DNA from: Bacteroidales bacterium
GTDB lineage: Bacteria; Bacteroidota; Bacteroidia; Bacteroidales; UBA932
Assembly (NCBI GenBank): GCA_035380845.1
Contig: DAOSXZ010000001.1
Span: forward strand, 1 to 37,725
Reading direction: 5' to 3'
DNA: 37,725 nt
Part shown: positions 14,985 to 24,605 of the stretch, piece by piece
Numbering within the stretch: the stretch's first letter is position 1
Layout of the letters: every line of letters starts with the position of its first letter
Notes under the pieces: generated by a model
The model's database searches: none
The model's input: the letters and a program-made list of their open reading frames with translations, nothing else
What the model was told of the DNA's origin: nothing
Position numbers and translations under genes: made by a program

Positions 14985-15856
14985 TGGTACGCAATTTTTT
15001 GACAACAATTATGGTGGCAACGGTTTCTGCTTTCAGCCTGGTATCCTGTGCTACAGAACCCGTACAAAAAGAGATCGGTCTTCAATTGTACTCCATCAGG
15101 GAACAGATTAATGAAGATCTTAACACTTCACTGGATGCCGTAGCCGAAGCCGGCTATACATTTGTGGAAATGGCCGGTTACAATGCCGCGGAAGGTACTT
15201 TCTACGGCATGTCAGGCAATGCTTTTACGGAGCTTTGTAATAGCAAAGGACTGGAAGTGATATCCTCACATATTAACGGACCGGATCCGAATGTCACTCC
15301 ATGGGAAGAATGTATGGCCTGGTGGGACAAAGCCATTGCAGATCACCTGTCTACAGGTGTTCTGTACATTGTTCAGCCCTCCATGTGGAAAAGTGCTTAC
15401 GAATCCGTTGAAGGACTTTCCAGGTATTGTGAATTGTTCAATGCAGTTGGTGAAAAATGCAACAACGCAGGCATCCGTTTTGGATACCATAATCATGCAA
15501 ATGAGTTCACGACTGTTTTTGATGATGTGGTCCTGTACGACTATATGCTTCAGAATACAGATCCGGAAAAGGTTTTCTTCCAGATTGATGTATATTGGAG
15601 CCAGGTAGGCGGAGCACCTGCTGTCGAATACCTGGAAAAATATCCCGGAAGGTATGACCTGTGGCACGTTAAAGATGACAAGGAGATTGGCGCTTCCGGA
15701 AAGATCGATTTCCGCGCCATCTATGAAAAAGCAGAAATGTCGGGGCTTAAATATGCCATTGTGGAACAGGAAGCATTTGATTTGGCTCCTTTTGAAAGTA
15801 TTAAAGCTTCATATGACTATTTGAACAATGCGGACTATGTAAACGTTTCGTATTAA
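14984..15856 (+). CDS. Xylose-isomerase-like TIM-barrel (sugar phosphate isomerase/epimerase family) lipoprotein
   Basis: 290 aa. Lipobox SLVSC. IGLQLYSIRE..., GYHNHANEF, and WHVKD/VEQE metal-ligand-type blocks of the AP_endonuc_2 fold. The ATG shares one nt with the upstream TAA (TAATG). Confidence 0.8.
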   Translation: MVRNFLTTIMVATVSAFSLVSCATEPVQKEIGLQLYSIREQINEDLNTSLDAVAEAGYTFVEMAGYNAAEGTFYGMSGNAFTELCNSKGLEVISSHINGPDPNVTPWEECMAWWDKAIADHLSTGVLYIVQPSMWKSAYESVEGLSRYCELFNAVGEKCNNAGIRFGYHNHANEFTTVFDDVVLYDYMLQNTDPEKVFFQIDVYWSQVGGAPAVEYLEKYPGRYDLWHVKDDKEIGASGKIDFRAIYEKAEMSGLKYAIVEQEAFDLAPFESIKASYDYLNNADYVNVSY

Positions 15857-15861
15857 GAAAG

Positions 15862-15897
15862 ATTCTGTGTTACTCTTCTGTGACACAGAATTTTTTT
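15862..15897 (+). terminator. Rho-independent terminator after the three-gene glycoside cluster (overlaps the 3' end of the convergent TPR gene)
   Basis: ATTCTGTGTTAC (15862-15873) pairs with GTGACACAGAAT (15880-15891): 12 bp including one G-U pair, with a 6-nt loop. The stem runs into a T7 tract ending at 15897. It lies 6 nt after the TAA at 15854-15856. Confidence 0.65.
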
Positions 15898-17867
15898 ATG
15901 ACACTGTAAGCATCCTGAATACCCAACTCCCCGGCAGTAGAGATATCCATACACCCCTTTTCTTTCTCCTTCAGGTAGATCTGAATAAGGCCCCGGTTGT
16001 AATAGGCTTCTGCCAGGTACGGATACAACTCCAGTGCTTTGGAATAATTGCCGATAGAGCGGGGAAAATCACCTGATAAACAATAAAGGTTCCCCAGGTT
16101 ATAATATATATGGGCAAAATCCGGGGCCAGAAGGGCTGCTTTTTCCAGATCGTTAATAGCTCCTGAATAGTCGTATTGATGACGGCCCTGTTCCTGGACA
16201 CGTGTTCGTGTAGTCCCGGCCTGGTCCAGGGTGAGGATCTGTACGTTATTTTCCATAGAAGAGATAAAATCTATCATCTCACTCTGCAATGCAGCCCGGT
16301 TGATATAATAAAAAACGTTATCGGGATCTTTTTCTATAGCCCGGTTATAGGATGCCAGGGAAGCATTGAACAATTTGCTCTGGAAATCCAGAATACCCCG
16401 GATGAAGTAAAGATCCGGAGAATCTCCGTCATCCCGGATCAGCTTTTCAACCTGTTCTCTTTGAAATTCAATGCGTTCCGGATCAGTTTCCGGTTCCTGG
16501 CTGAACAAACTGACAGGGATTGTCTGACGCATAGTAAATTTTTCAAGGTCCTCATAATAATACCTTTGTTCAAGCGCTATGGTGTTTTCCGCAGGCCCGG
16601 TCAGCAATTTATAGAGGGGTTTAAGACGTATGTCCACATCCCTGTATTGAAGCAGTTCGTTATTGAAATCTTTTTTTGCAAAGTCGGCATCCAGTGCCAA
16701 AAGACGGTCAAAACGCTGCGTTGTGTCTGCAAAAGCCGAGTATGTAGTATCTCCCAGCCTGGATTTGTAATCGTTGACTTTGTTCTGAGCCACCTGGTAA
16801 TCCAGCTCGGCAGCCGCAAACAGACCGAGTCTGTTCTTGACAAACGAACGATTCATATATGCGTTTGCAAAATCCGGATACAACTCTATAGCTTTGTCAT
16901 AATCCCGCATGGCATCTCTGTAACGTTCCATTTGTATGAACAATGCCGCCCGGTTGTAATAGGCCAATACGTTGTTGGGATTGATGGAAATAACCCGGTC
17001 ATAATCTTCCAGGGCGTTGTTGTAGTCTCCAATCTGTGTTCGTATCAAGGCCCGGTTGTACAAAGTCAGGGCATTCCCCGGATCTTCCTGCAGTACTTTT
17101 TCAAGATCGGCCAGTGCCCCGTTTAAGTCATTCCGGTTATAGCGGATCAGGGCGCGGTTGAAATAAGCGAATGAATTTTCCGGATCCAGAGATAATGCCT
17201 GGTCCAGATCCTCCAGGGCTGCCGGATATTGCTCCTGCATGGCATATACACGCGATCTGCGGATATAGCCTTCCGGATCGAATTTGTTCAGCAATACGGC
17301 GGTATCGTAATCATGCAGTGCTTTTACGGTATCCTTCAGGTACAGGTAACAGGCACCACGGTTCAGGTATGCTTCGCTCACACGTGGTTCGTGACGAATA
17401 AAACGGTTGAAATCTTGCTCCGCCAGTTCAAATTGCTGGGATAACAAGTAGGTAACTCCCCTGCTAAAATAGAGTCCGTTATAGCCGGGACGCAGGTCTA
17501 TGGCTTCCTGCAGGTCTTCCAGGGCCTTTTCGTATTCACCCAGACGTGAATAGGTGATTGCCCTGTAATGGTATGCCATGGTAAATATGGGATGAATGGA
17601 TATGGCCCGGTCAAAATCCGATCGGGCTCCCATGAAATCTCCCAGGTTGTACTTCCCTATCCCTCTGAAAAAAAAAGCTTCATGCAAAGCAGGATCCAGC
17701 TGAATGAGTTTGTTGAAATTATCAATGGCCTGCTGGTACCGTCCTTCGAACAGCAAATGCTGTCCGCGGTAAAAAAACTGCTGTTTATCGTATTGGGCTT
17801 CCGCCTTTCCCGGTAATAACAAAAGGGAAAAAAGAAGAACTATATACAGGCGGTGTTTATATACCAT
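15870..17867 (-). CDS. Secreted tetratricopeptide-repeat (TPR) protein
   Basis: 665 aa. Signal peptide IVLLFSLLLLPGKAEAQ. More than 12 tandem 34-aa TPR units (recurrent A..Y.NRG/A......A..D...A...P). Confidence 0.85.
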   Translation of the reverse strand: MVYKHRLYIVLLFSLLLLPGKAEAQYDKQQFFYRGQHLLFEGRYQQAIDNFNKLIQLDPALHEAFFFRGIGKYNLGDFMGARSDFDRAISIHPIFTMAYHYRAITYSRLGEYEKALEDLQEAIDLRPGYNGLYFSRGVTYLLSQQFELAEQDFNRFIRHEPRVSEAYLNRGACYLYLKDTVKALHDYDTAVLLNKFDPEGYIRRSRVYAMQEQYPAALEDLDQALSLDPENSFAYFNRALIRYNRNDLNGALADLEKVLQEDPGNALTLYNRALIRTQIGDYNNALEDYDRVISINPNNVLAYYNRAALFIQMERYRDAMRDYDKAIELYPDFANAYMNRSFVKNRLGLFAAAELDYQVAQNKVNDYKSRLGDTTYSAFADTTQRFDRLLALDADFAKKDFNNELLQYRDVDIRLKPLYKLLTGPAENTIALEQRYYYEDLEKFTMRQTIPVSLFSQEPETDPERIEFQREQVEKLIRDDGDSPDLYFIRGILDFQSKLFNASLASYNRAIEKDPDNVFYYINRAALQSEMIDFISSMENNVQILTLDQAGTTRTRVQEQGRHQYDYSGAINDLEKAALLAPDFAHIYYNLGNLYCLSGDFPRSIGNYSKALELYPYLAEAYYNRGLIQIYLKEKEKGCMDISTAGELGIQDAYSVIKKFCVTEE

Positions 17868-17871
17868 TTTT

Positions 17872-17879
17872 CAAAGGTA
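17872..17879 (-). promoter_or_regulatory. -7 promoter box TACCTTTG for the TPR gene
   Basis: Plus-strand caaaggta reads TACCTTTG on minus, 4 nt upstream of the ATG at 17867. Confidence 0.4.
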
Positions 17880-17929
17880 TGAAATTTGAGAGGAAAAATT
17901 TGTTCCTTTGCAATTGAAAAACAAAAAAT

Positions 17930-18922
17930 ATGCCGCGCCTTTTCCTTTTTGTGCCTTACCTTTCAATAGTTCTTCTGTTCCCGGCTATATCGCTGCAGGC
18001 ACAAAAAGCCTATCCGGAAGACTATGCCCGTAAGGTTACACAAACAACTCTGGATTACCATATACGCTATTTATCGGACAGTCTGTTACAGGGAAGGGAA
18101 ACCGGGTCGCCTGGCGGTTCTCAGGCAACTCAATACATCGACAGCAAATTCAAGGAATTCGGGTTACATCCCCTGGGCACTGCAAATCCTTACCGGTACA
18201 ATACATCTTACATCCAGGGGTTTGTATGTCCTACCGGTCAAAGAGGGCGGAATGTGATAGGATGGATACCGGCAACAAGAAAGGAGAGCAACGAATACAT
18301 AATCATATCTGCACATTACGATCACCTGGGGGTGATAGAAGGAATTCTTTATCCCGGAGCTGACAGCAATGCTTCGGGGGTCGCCGCTTTGTTATCCCTG
18401 GCCGAAGCTTTCGGGGCTGCTGTCAACGACGGACAGGGACTTTCACGCAACCTCATATTTGTGGCGTACGATGCCAAAGAATTTTCCATGACCGGAGCCA
18501 GGATCTTTGCCTTGTCCCTGGGAATTCCGCCCCAACAGGTAGTCTTGAATATTAATCTTGATCAGATGGGAACGACCCTGGCTCCCCCCGGGGATTCGCA
18601 AAAGTACATGCTCATAGTGGGAGCGGAAAAAGTACCCGGCCATATTGTCCGGTCAATGAACAACAACAATGCATACTACAATACAGGACTGGAACTGGAT
18701 TACACTTTTTATCAAAGCCCTGAATTTGCGGAAATATTTTTCACAATGACCGAGCAGTATTTCTTGTCTTTGCAGAATATACCTTCCCTGCTTATCACTT
18801 CCGGGGTGAACGATCACACTTATAAGCCCCGGGATACACCGGATATCATAGATTTGCCTGTTCTGGAACTGAGAACACGATGGCTTTTCTTTACTCTTTG
18901 GGATCTGCTTCAGCGTTTATAG
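17930..18922 (+). CDS. M28-family zinc aminopeptidase
   Basis: 330 aa with a signal peptide. Motifs: NVIGWIP, ISAHYDHLG, GADSNASGVAALL, and F.AYDAKE (metal-ligand blocks of M28). Confidence 0.8.
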   Translation: MPRLFLFVPYLSIVLLFPAISLQAQKAYPEDYARKVTQTTLDYHIRYLSDSLLQGRETGSPGGSQATQYIDSKFKEFGLHPLGTANPYRYNTSYIQGFVCPTGQRGRNVIGWIPATRKESNEYIIISAHYDHLGVIEGILYPGADSNASGVAALLSLAEAFGAAVNDGQGLSRNLIFVAYDAKEFSMTGARIFALSLGIPPQQVVLNINLDQMGTTLAPPGDSQKYMLIVGAEKVPGHIVRSMNNNNAYYNTGLELDYTFYQSPEFAEIFFTMTEQYFLSLQNIPSLLITSGVNDHTYKPRDTPDIIDLPVLELRTRWLFFTLWDLLQRL

Positions 18923-19683
18923 AACCGTATCAAATCATAAGACACGGTAACGCTGCCCCGCATTTGTTTCATGGTGTAATCAAAAAAATCACTCCCGGGT
19001 TGAAATATATCTTTTAAACCCATCATAACATGCAATCCCATCCGTATACGCGGAAATATCCGGGCATCGTAACCCAGTAACAGCCCGCTGTCCCAGGAGT
19101 CAAGCAATGAGGAAAAATCCATCACCTGCGGGGTAGTAATTTCTGAATCAATACGGTCGGGTTCAGACCCTATAAAACCTTTTATGGCATTAGTGATAAA
19201 ATGAGACTTTAAGACATAGGCTCCAAAAAAACCCAGCTGAATACCATGCTGTCTTTTTTTACCGGCAAGAAATTCCACATATACAGGAAGTTCCAGCAAG
19301 GTAAAACCCATTGACATCTGGGAGGTCCCCGTAAAATATTGCACCATATTTTCTCCTTTGAATTTCTGATTGGTGACACGCGCATCCGCATCCATGGCTA
19401 TGGTTTTGTAATTGAGATTGGCACCCAATGTCCAGCGGTCATGTAAGTTCAGAAAAAAGCGGGCACCCAGTGTTGCATTCAGTTTGGGGTATGCATTAAA
19501 AGATCCTCCTACTGCATCAAAGGGCACAGGCAGGGCCCCGCCAATATCGGTCCCTATCTGGGGAGCTATACAAAATGATGGTACAAATGAAGCATTATCT
19601 TGTGCTCTTAGCGAATTACCCGACAGAACCCCCAGGCAAACAAGTGGTAAAATCAGGAAAGAAAATTTATTTTTCAGGACCAT
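18910..19683 (-). CDS. Small outer-membrane beta-barrel (porin-family/PorT-like) protein
   Basis: I prefer the ATG at 19683 (MVLKNKFSFLILPLVCLGVLSGNSLRAQ signal) over the track's 19800 start. Alternating beta-strand pattern with a C-terminal aromatic residue (..YDLIRFYKR). Its start overlaps the uvrA stop by 17 nt. Confidence 0.65.
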   Translation of the reverse strand: MVLKNKFSFLILPLVCLGVLSGNSLRAQDNASFVPSFCIAPQIGTDIGGALPVPFDAVGGSFNAYPKLNATLGARFFLNLHDRWTLGANLNYKTIAMDADARVTNQKFKGENMVQYFTGTSQMSMGFTLLELPVYVEFLAGKKRQHGIQLGFFGAYVLKSHFITNAIKGFIGSEPDRIDSEITTPQVMDFSSLLDSWDSGLLLGYDARIFPRIRMGLHVMMGLKDIFQPGSDFFDYTMKQMRGSVTVSYDLIRFYKR

Positions 19684-22483
19684 TTGGCAAAAATAGTACA
19701 ATTTTTGAACGCAAAGCCTTTCCGGTGGGCAAATCCGTTCTTTCTGCCAAAGCCCGGGGGGTTCCGCAAAAACAACAAGTCCCGCCGTTTTCACCTGCAT
19801 CCGGTCCCATGTCTATGACCCAATCGGCACATTTCACCACATCCATATTGTGCTCCACCACAAGCACGGAATGTCCTTTTTTAATAAGTGCCTGGAAAGA
19901 TTTCAACAGTTTTTCTATGTCAAACACATGCAATCCCGTAGTAGGTTCGTCAAAAATAAACATCCTGTTTGTTTCCGAATTCTCCCGGGACAGGAAATAT
20001 GCCAGTTTCACCCGTTGGCTTTCACCTCCGCTCAAGCTGCTGCTGCTTTGCCCAAGTTTGATATAGGAAAGTCCCACCTCATCCAAAGGCCTGAGCTTAT
20101 CTGCTATCCGCAAGGCTGCAGGCTCTTTTTGGGAAGAAAAGAAAGCAATCGCTTCTTCTACGGTCATTTCCAGAACATCATATATGTTTTTGTCTTTATA
20201 CCTGACTTCCAGGATATCGGGCTTAAACCTGCGGCCCCCGCAGGATTCACACGTAAGCACCACATCTGCCATAAACTGCATTTCTACTTTTACAACACCT
20301 TCTCCCTGGCATTCAGGGCACCGGCCTCCTTCAATATTAAACGAAAAATGCGAATGCCCGTAACCGTTCATTCTGGCGTAAGGCTGCTCGGAAAACAACT
20401 TACGGATATCATCATAGGCTTTAATGTAAGTAACCGGATTGGAACGGGAAGACTTCCCAATGGGATTCTGATCTACCAGTTCCACTCCTGCCAGCCTGTG
20501 CATGTCACCTTCAAGGCCTGTAAATTTTCCCGGAGCCGGAGTCCTGCCCTGGTTGTAATGCCGGCTGAGGGCATAATACAAAACATCCCTGACCAGGGAT
20601 GATTTGCCCGAACCGCTGACTCCGGTGACTGCGGTAAAGACCTGTAAAGGGAATTTTACGTCAATGCCTTTCAAGTTGTTATGAGAAGCCCCCCGAACCA
20701 TGATATAGGAATTCCAGGTCCTTGAACGTTCGGGAACAGGAATGACGTTTGGATCGCTTAAAAAACGGAGGGTGCGGCTTTCTCCGGTATCTATTTTCCG
20801 GCCCGCCCTGACAGGCGGTCCCTGGTACATCAGATTACCCCCGTCTTTTCCGGCCAAAGGTCCAATATCAATAATTTGGTCGGCAGCCCGCATGATTTCC
20901 TCGTCGTGTTCCACCACCATCACGGTATTGCCCATCTCTTTAAGTGCTTTCAGGGAAGCAAGCAGCCGCTGAGTGTCGCGCGGGTGAAGCCCGATACTCG
21001 GCTCGTCAAGAATATAAAGGCTCCCGACCAGCGAACTTCCCAGCGAACTGACCAGGTTTACCCGCTGGCTTTCACCTCCGCTCAAGGTGGCAGAACGTCT
21101 GTTCAGGGTCAGGTACCCCAGCCCTACCTGGTTCAGAAAATGCAACCGGTACCGAATTTCTTCCAACGTTCTGCCGGCAATTTCCAGCTCTCTTTGGCTA
21201 AAGCTGACATTGTCCATGAACTGACCCAACTGTGAAACAGGCATATCCAAAAGCTGGTCTATCCGCTTCCCCGAGACACGAACGTATGAAGCTTCTTTCC
21301 GCAAACGGGTACCGGCACATTCCGGACACGTTGTTTTTCCTGTAAAACGACTAATGATGATTCTGTTTTGGATCTTATACCGTGCAGATTCCAATTGTTT
21401 AAAGAACGGGTTAATTCCTGTTGTCCGGTTGTCTCCGTTCCATAACCAGTCTTTTTCCCGGTCTGTCAGATCCCTGTAAGGCTTATGTATGGAAAAACCG
21501 GTTGCAGATGCATGCCTTATTACTTCCTCCTTGAACGTTTTCATGACATCTCCCCGCCAGCACGCTACAGCATCCTGGTAAACGGACAGGCCGCTATCCG
21601 GAATAACCAACGATTCATCTATTCCGGTAATTTTTCCGTATCCGCCGCAAAGGGGACAGGCTCCCAGGGGATTGTTGAAACTGAACATGTATTCATTGGG
21701 TTCCATGAAAGTGATCCCGTCGGCTTCAAAGCGTGTTGAAAACGGGACCATACCTTCTTCTGTCTGAACAAACAAAGTTCCCCCGCCCACCGAAAACGCC
21801 GTATTGACAGATTCGGTAATCCTGGCCCTGTTATCCGGATTATCCACCGGACTCACACGTCCGGTCAGGAGATAGACCTGCCGGTCTGCATATTTGTCTC
21901 TTTGTTGCAAAATATCTTCAATCCGGACCATTTCTTTTCCATCCCAGAAACGCACATATCCTTCCTGTTGAAGCTGCAAGAGCGTTTCCACACGACGTTG
22001 CCGGTCATCCCAGCCGAAAGGCGCCAGAAGCAAAGCATGGGATTCTTCCGGCAGGGTAAACAAAAAACACAGTACATCTTCCACCGTATGACGGGTTACT
22101 TCTTTTCCGGTAACGGGAGAATAGGTCCTGCCTACCCGGGCGTAAAGCAGACGTAAATAATCGTAAATTTCTGTTGATGTTCCCAGCGTAGAGCGGGGAT
22201 TGCGCGTATTAACCTTTTGTTCAATGGCTATGGCCGGCGGTATGCCTTCAATCAAATCCACATCCGGTTTTTTGATCCTTCCCAGGAACTGGCGGGCATA
22301 TGCCGAGAGGCTTTCCACATAGCGCCGCTGCCCTTCCGCAAAAAGGGTGTCAAAGGCAAGGGAAGATTTTCCCGAGCCGGATACGCCGGTGATAACAATG
22401 AATTGATCCCGGGGAATTTCAATGGAGAGGTTTTTCAGATTATGAACCCGTGCCCCTTTTACTACAATCTTTTCTTCACTCAT
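19667..22483 (-). CDS. uvrA: Excinuclease ABC subunit UvrA
   Basis: 938 aa. Two ABC ATPase modules (GVSGSGKSSLAFDT and GVSGSGKSSLV Walker A, LSGGESQRV signatures x2). Zinc-module cysteines (CPLCGG, CPECAG, CPECQGEG...CESCGG). Confidence 0.95.
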   Translation of the reverse strand: MSEEKIVVKGARVHNLKNLSIEIPRDQFIVITGVSGSGKSSLAFDTLFAEGQRRYVESLSAYARQFLGRIKKPDVDLIEGIPPAIAIEQKVNTRNPRSTLGTSTEIYDYLRLLYARVGRTYSPVTGKEVTRHTVEDVLCFLFTLPEESHALLLAPFGWDDRQRRVETLLQLQQEGYVRFWDGKEMVRIEDILQQRDKYADRQVYLLTGRVSPVDNPDNRARITESVNTAFSVGGGTLFVQTEEGMVPFSTRFEADGITFMEPNEYMFSFNNPLGACPLCGGYGKITGIDESLVIPDSGLSVYQDAVACWRGDVMKTFKEEVIRHASATGFSIHKPYRDLTDREKDWLWNGDNRTTGINPFFKQLESARYKIQNRIIISRFTGKTTCPECAGTRLRKEASYVRVSGKRIDQLLDMPVSQLGQFMDNVSFSQRELEIAGRTLEEIRYRLHFLNQVGLGYLTLNRRSATLSGGESQRVNLVSSLGSSLVGSLYILDEPSIGLHPRDTQRLLASLKALKEMGNTVMVVEHDEEIMRAADQIIDIGPLAGKDGGNLMYQGPPVRAGRKIDTGESRTLRFLSDPNVIPVPERSRTWNSYIMVRGASHNNLKGIDVKFPLQVFTAVTGVSGSGKSSLVRDVLYYALSRHYNQGRTPAPGKFTGLEGDMHRLAGVELVDQNPIGKSSRSNPVTYIKAYDDIRKLFSEQPYARMNGYGHSHFSFNIEGGRCPECQGEGVVKVEMQFMADVVLTCESCGGRRFKPDILEVRYKDKNIYDVLEMTVEEAIAFFSSQKEPAALRIADKLRPLDEVGLSYIKLGQSSSSLSGGESQRVKLAYFLSRENSETNRMFIFDEPTTGLHVFDIEKLLKSFQALIKKGHSVLVVEHNMDVVKCADWVIDMGPDAGENGGTCCFCGTPRALAERTDLPTGKALRSKIVLFLPNGPEK

Positions 22484-22487
22484 GACA

Positions 22488-24605
22488 TCATTCCCTCACG
22501 GCCTTTATGATCCCTTTGATCTTTCTCAGGTGGAACAACAGCAGATCCACCTGTTTATTGGAATTTACGGCCACCTGCAAACGCCCCACAATCTTCCCTC
22601 CATGGCCCGAAAACGTATAACTTCTCATGTTCAGAGAAAGATTTCTCATCACTTCTCCAATCTCACCGGCCAGTCCTATCTCCTCATAAGCCGTTACACG
22701 AATTCCCACCTGAAAGACGGCAGAAGTCACTGTATTGCGCCACCTTACTTTTTGTATCCGGTACGGATATTGTTCCATTAAACGGGCAGCATTGGGACAG
22801 CTCATACGGTGAATTTTAATACCTTCCTTAATTGATACAAATCCAAAGACAGGGTCTCCTATAACGGGATTGCAGCATTTTGCCAGTTTATATTTAATAC
22901 GACCGAAAGAATCGTCAATGACCAGGTAATCACCTTCCCCGTAACGAGTATGGTCTTCTTCCTTTTCCGCCGTTACGGTTTCCGGGGATGGCTTTGCTGG
23001 TTTTTCTTCTTTTTCTGCGTCTTCCTGTGTCAAAAAAGATTTTATTTCCTGGAGGGGTATGTCTTCCCGGGCAATAGCTGCATAAAAATCGCTTATTTGC
23101 TTGATCCTGAACTTTTTCATTAGACGGGCAATATCATCCGCGGAAAGTTCGGCTTTCCAGTTTTTCAAACGTCTTTCCAGAATCTCCCTGCCGGCTGCAT
23201 CCTGGACACCGGCTTCTTCACGCAGTTTTTGGCGGATCTTGTTTTTGGCTTTTCCTGAAACCACAAAATTCAGCCAGTCCCTGGATGGTTTCTGGTTTTT
23301 GGAGGTAAGGATCTCCACCACATCTCCCGTACTGAGGATATCCCTTACCTGGGACATTTTTCCGTTCACACGACCTCCCGTGCATCTGATTCCCACGTTG
23401 CTGTGTACCTCAAAGGCAAAATCCAGGACAGTCGATCCGGCCGGCAAACGTTTCAGATCTCCTGCCGGGGTAAACACGTAAATTTCATTGGGCTTGAAAA
23501 GATCGGCATCTTCCCCGGATTTGAACTCTTCGGCAGGATTTTGCAACCTTTTTCTCACATTCCCCAACCAGTCGTTAAGGACTTCTTCGTTCCGCATCCC
23601 TTTGTATGCCCAGTGCGCAGCGACCCCGTACTCGGCAATCATATCCATGCGCCGGCTGCGGATCTGGACTTCTACCACCCATTGATCCGGGGTACGGACT
23701 GTAATGTGCAGTGACTCATAACCACTGGCTTTCGGGACCGTGATCCAGTCCCTCATACGTTCCGGGATCGGTTCATAGATATGGGTTACCATGGAATAAA
23801 CCTGCCAACAGACTTCTTTTTCTTTTTCCGGAGGTGTATCAATAATGAAACGAATGGCCAGAATGTCGTATACTTCGTTCACATCTACCTGTTGGGCCTG
23901 CATTTTGCGCCATATAGAATAGGTGGCTTTTGTACGGCTTTTCAGTTCGTATAGTATGCCGGCCGTTTTCAATTCTTTCTCCAAAGGCCTGACAAACCTC
24001 GCTATCCGTGCCTTACGCTCAATTTCTGTGGCCCTTATATTGTTGGTTATCAGACGGTAATCTTCCGGCTGAATGATCTTGAAAGAGAGGTCCTCCAATT
24101 CGCTTTTTATTCTGTACAATCCCAGCTGGTGTGCCAGAGGAGCGTACAACATAAGTGTTTCGGTAGCTTTTTTAATATGTTCACCCCGGGGAAAGCATTC
24201 GGTCAATGAACGCATAACTTCCAGCCTGTCTGCCAGTTTAATGAGTGTTACGCGTGGATCTGCCGAGTAGGATATGATCAGTTTCCGGTAATTATCTGCC
24301 TGCAGACGGGTGTCTTTTGGATTGATGGTCGATATTTTGTTCAGTCCGGATACCATTAAACCAATATCACTCCCAAAATCCCTTCCTATCTCATCCAAAA
24401 ATTCCGGATTCTTACGGCTGGCTTCATGAAGGTATACGGTTGCTATCGCTTCACATGTAAGGCCTATCTCATTTTCTACAATTTGCGCCACGGCATCTAC
24501 ATGGTTCATAAACGGCTTTCCGTTACCCCTTTCAAGACCGGTCAGCTTTTCCCGTGCATAGTCTTTCGCCCGGGCAATCATTTGAATATTTCCCTGGGTT
24601 GTCAT
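22488..24605 (-). CDS. Long RelA/SpoT-homologue (RSH) (p)ppGpp synthetase with degenerate hydrolase (HD) motif; TGS and ACT domains present
   Basis: 705 aa. Synthetase blocks YSIWRKM...VYDILAIRFI and GYESLHITV...VEVQIRSRRMDMIAEYGVAAHWAYK. TGS-like block IYVFTPAGDLKRLPAGSTVLDFAF. C-terminal ACT-like region. The canonical LHD..ED position reads LHEASRK. Confidence 0.9.
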   Translation of the reverse strand: MTTQGNIQMIARAKDYAREKLTGLERGNGKPFMNHVDAVAQIVENEIGLTCEAIATVYLHEASRKNPEFLDEIGRDFGSDIGLMVSGLNKISTINPKDTRLQADNYRKLIISYSADPRVTLIKLADRLEVMRSLTECFPRGEHIKKATETLMLYAPLAHQLGLYRIKSELEDLSFKIIQPEDYRLITNNIRATEIERKARIARFVRPLEKELKTAGILYELKSRTKATYSIWRKMQAQQVDVNEVYDILAIRFIIDTPPEKEKEVCWQVYSMVTHIYEPIPERMRDWITVPKASGYESLHITVRTPDQWVVEVQIRSRRMDMIAEYGVAAHWAYKGMRNEEVLNDWLGNVRKRLQNPAEEFKSGEDADLFKPNEIYVFTPAGDLKRLPAGSTVLDFAFEVHSNVGIRCTGGRVNGKMSQVRDILSTGDVVEILTSKNQKPSRDWLNFVVSGKAKNKIRQKLREEAGVQDAAGREILERRLKNWKAELSADDIARLMKKFRIKQISDFYAAIAREDIPLQEIKSFLTQEDAEKEEKPAKPSPETVTAEKEEDHTRYGEGDYLVIDDSFGRIKYKLAKCCNPVIGDPVFGFVSIKEGIKIHRMSCPNAARLMEQYPYRIQKVRWRNTVTSAVFQVGIRVTAYEEIGLAGEIGEVMRNLSLNMRSYTFSGHGGKIVGRLQVAVNSNKQVDLLLFHLRKIKGIIKAVRE

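Noticed and set aside
16176-17126. 316-aa plus-strand ORF antisense to the TPR gene. Similar long antisense or off-frame ORFs occur at 25058..26053 (in uvrB), 19850..20602 (in uvrA), 11613..12143, 13218..13742, 14259..14819, 26536..27228 and 37155..37676.
   Set aside because: Their compositions are low-complexity or Cys/Arg/Pro-rich with no recognisable motifs. Each is fully nested in a confidently identified gene on the other strand or frame. They are typical shadow ORFs.
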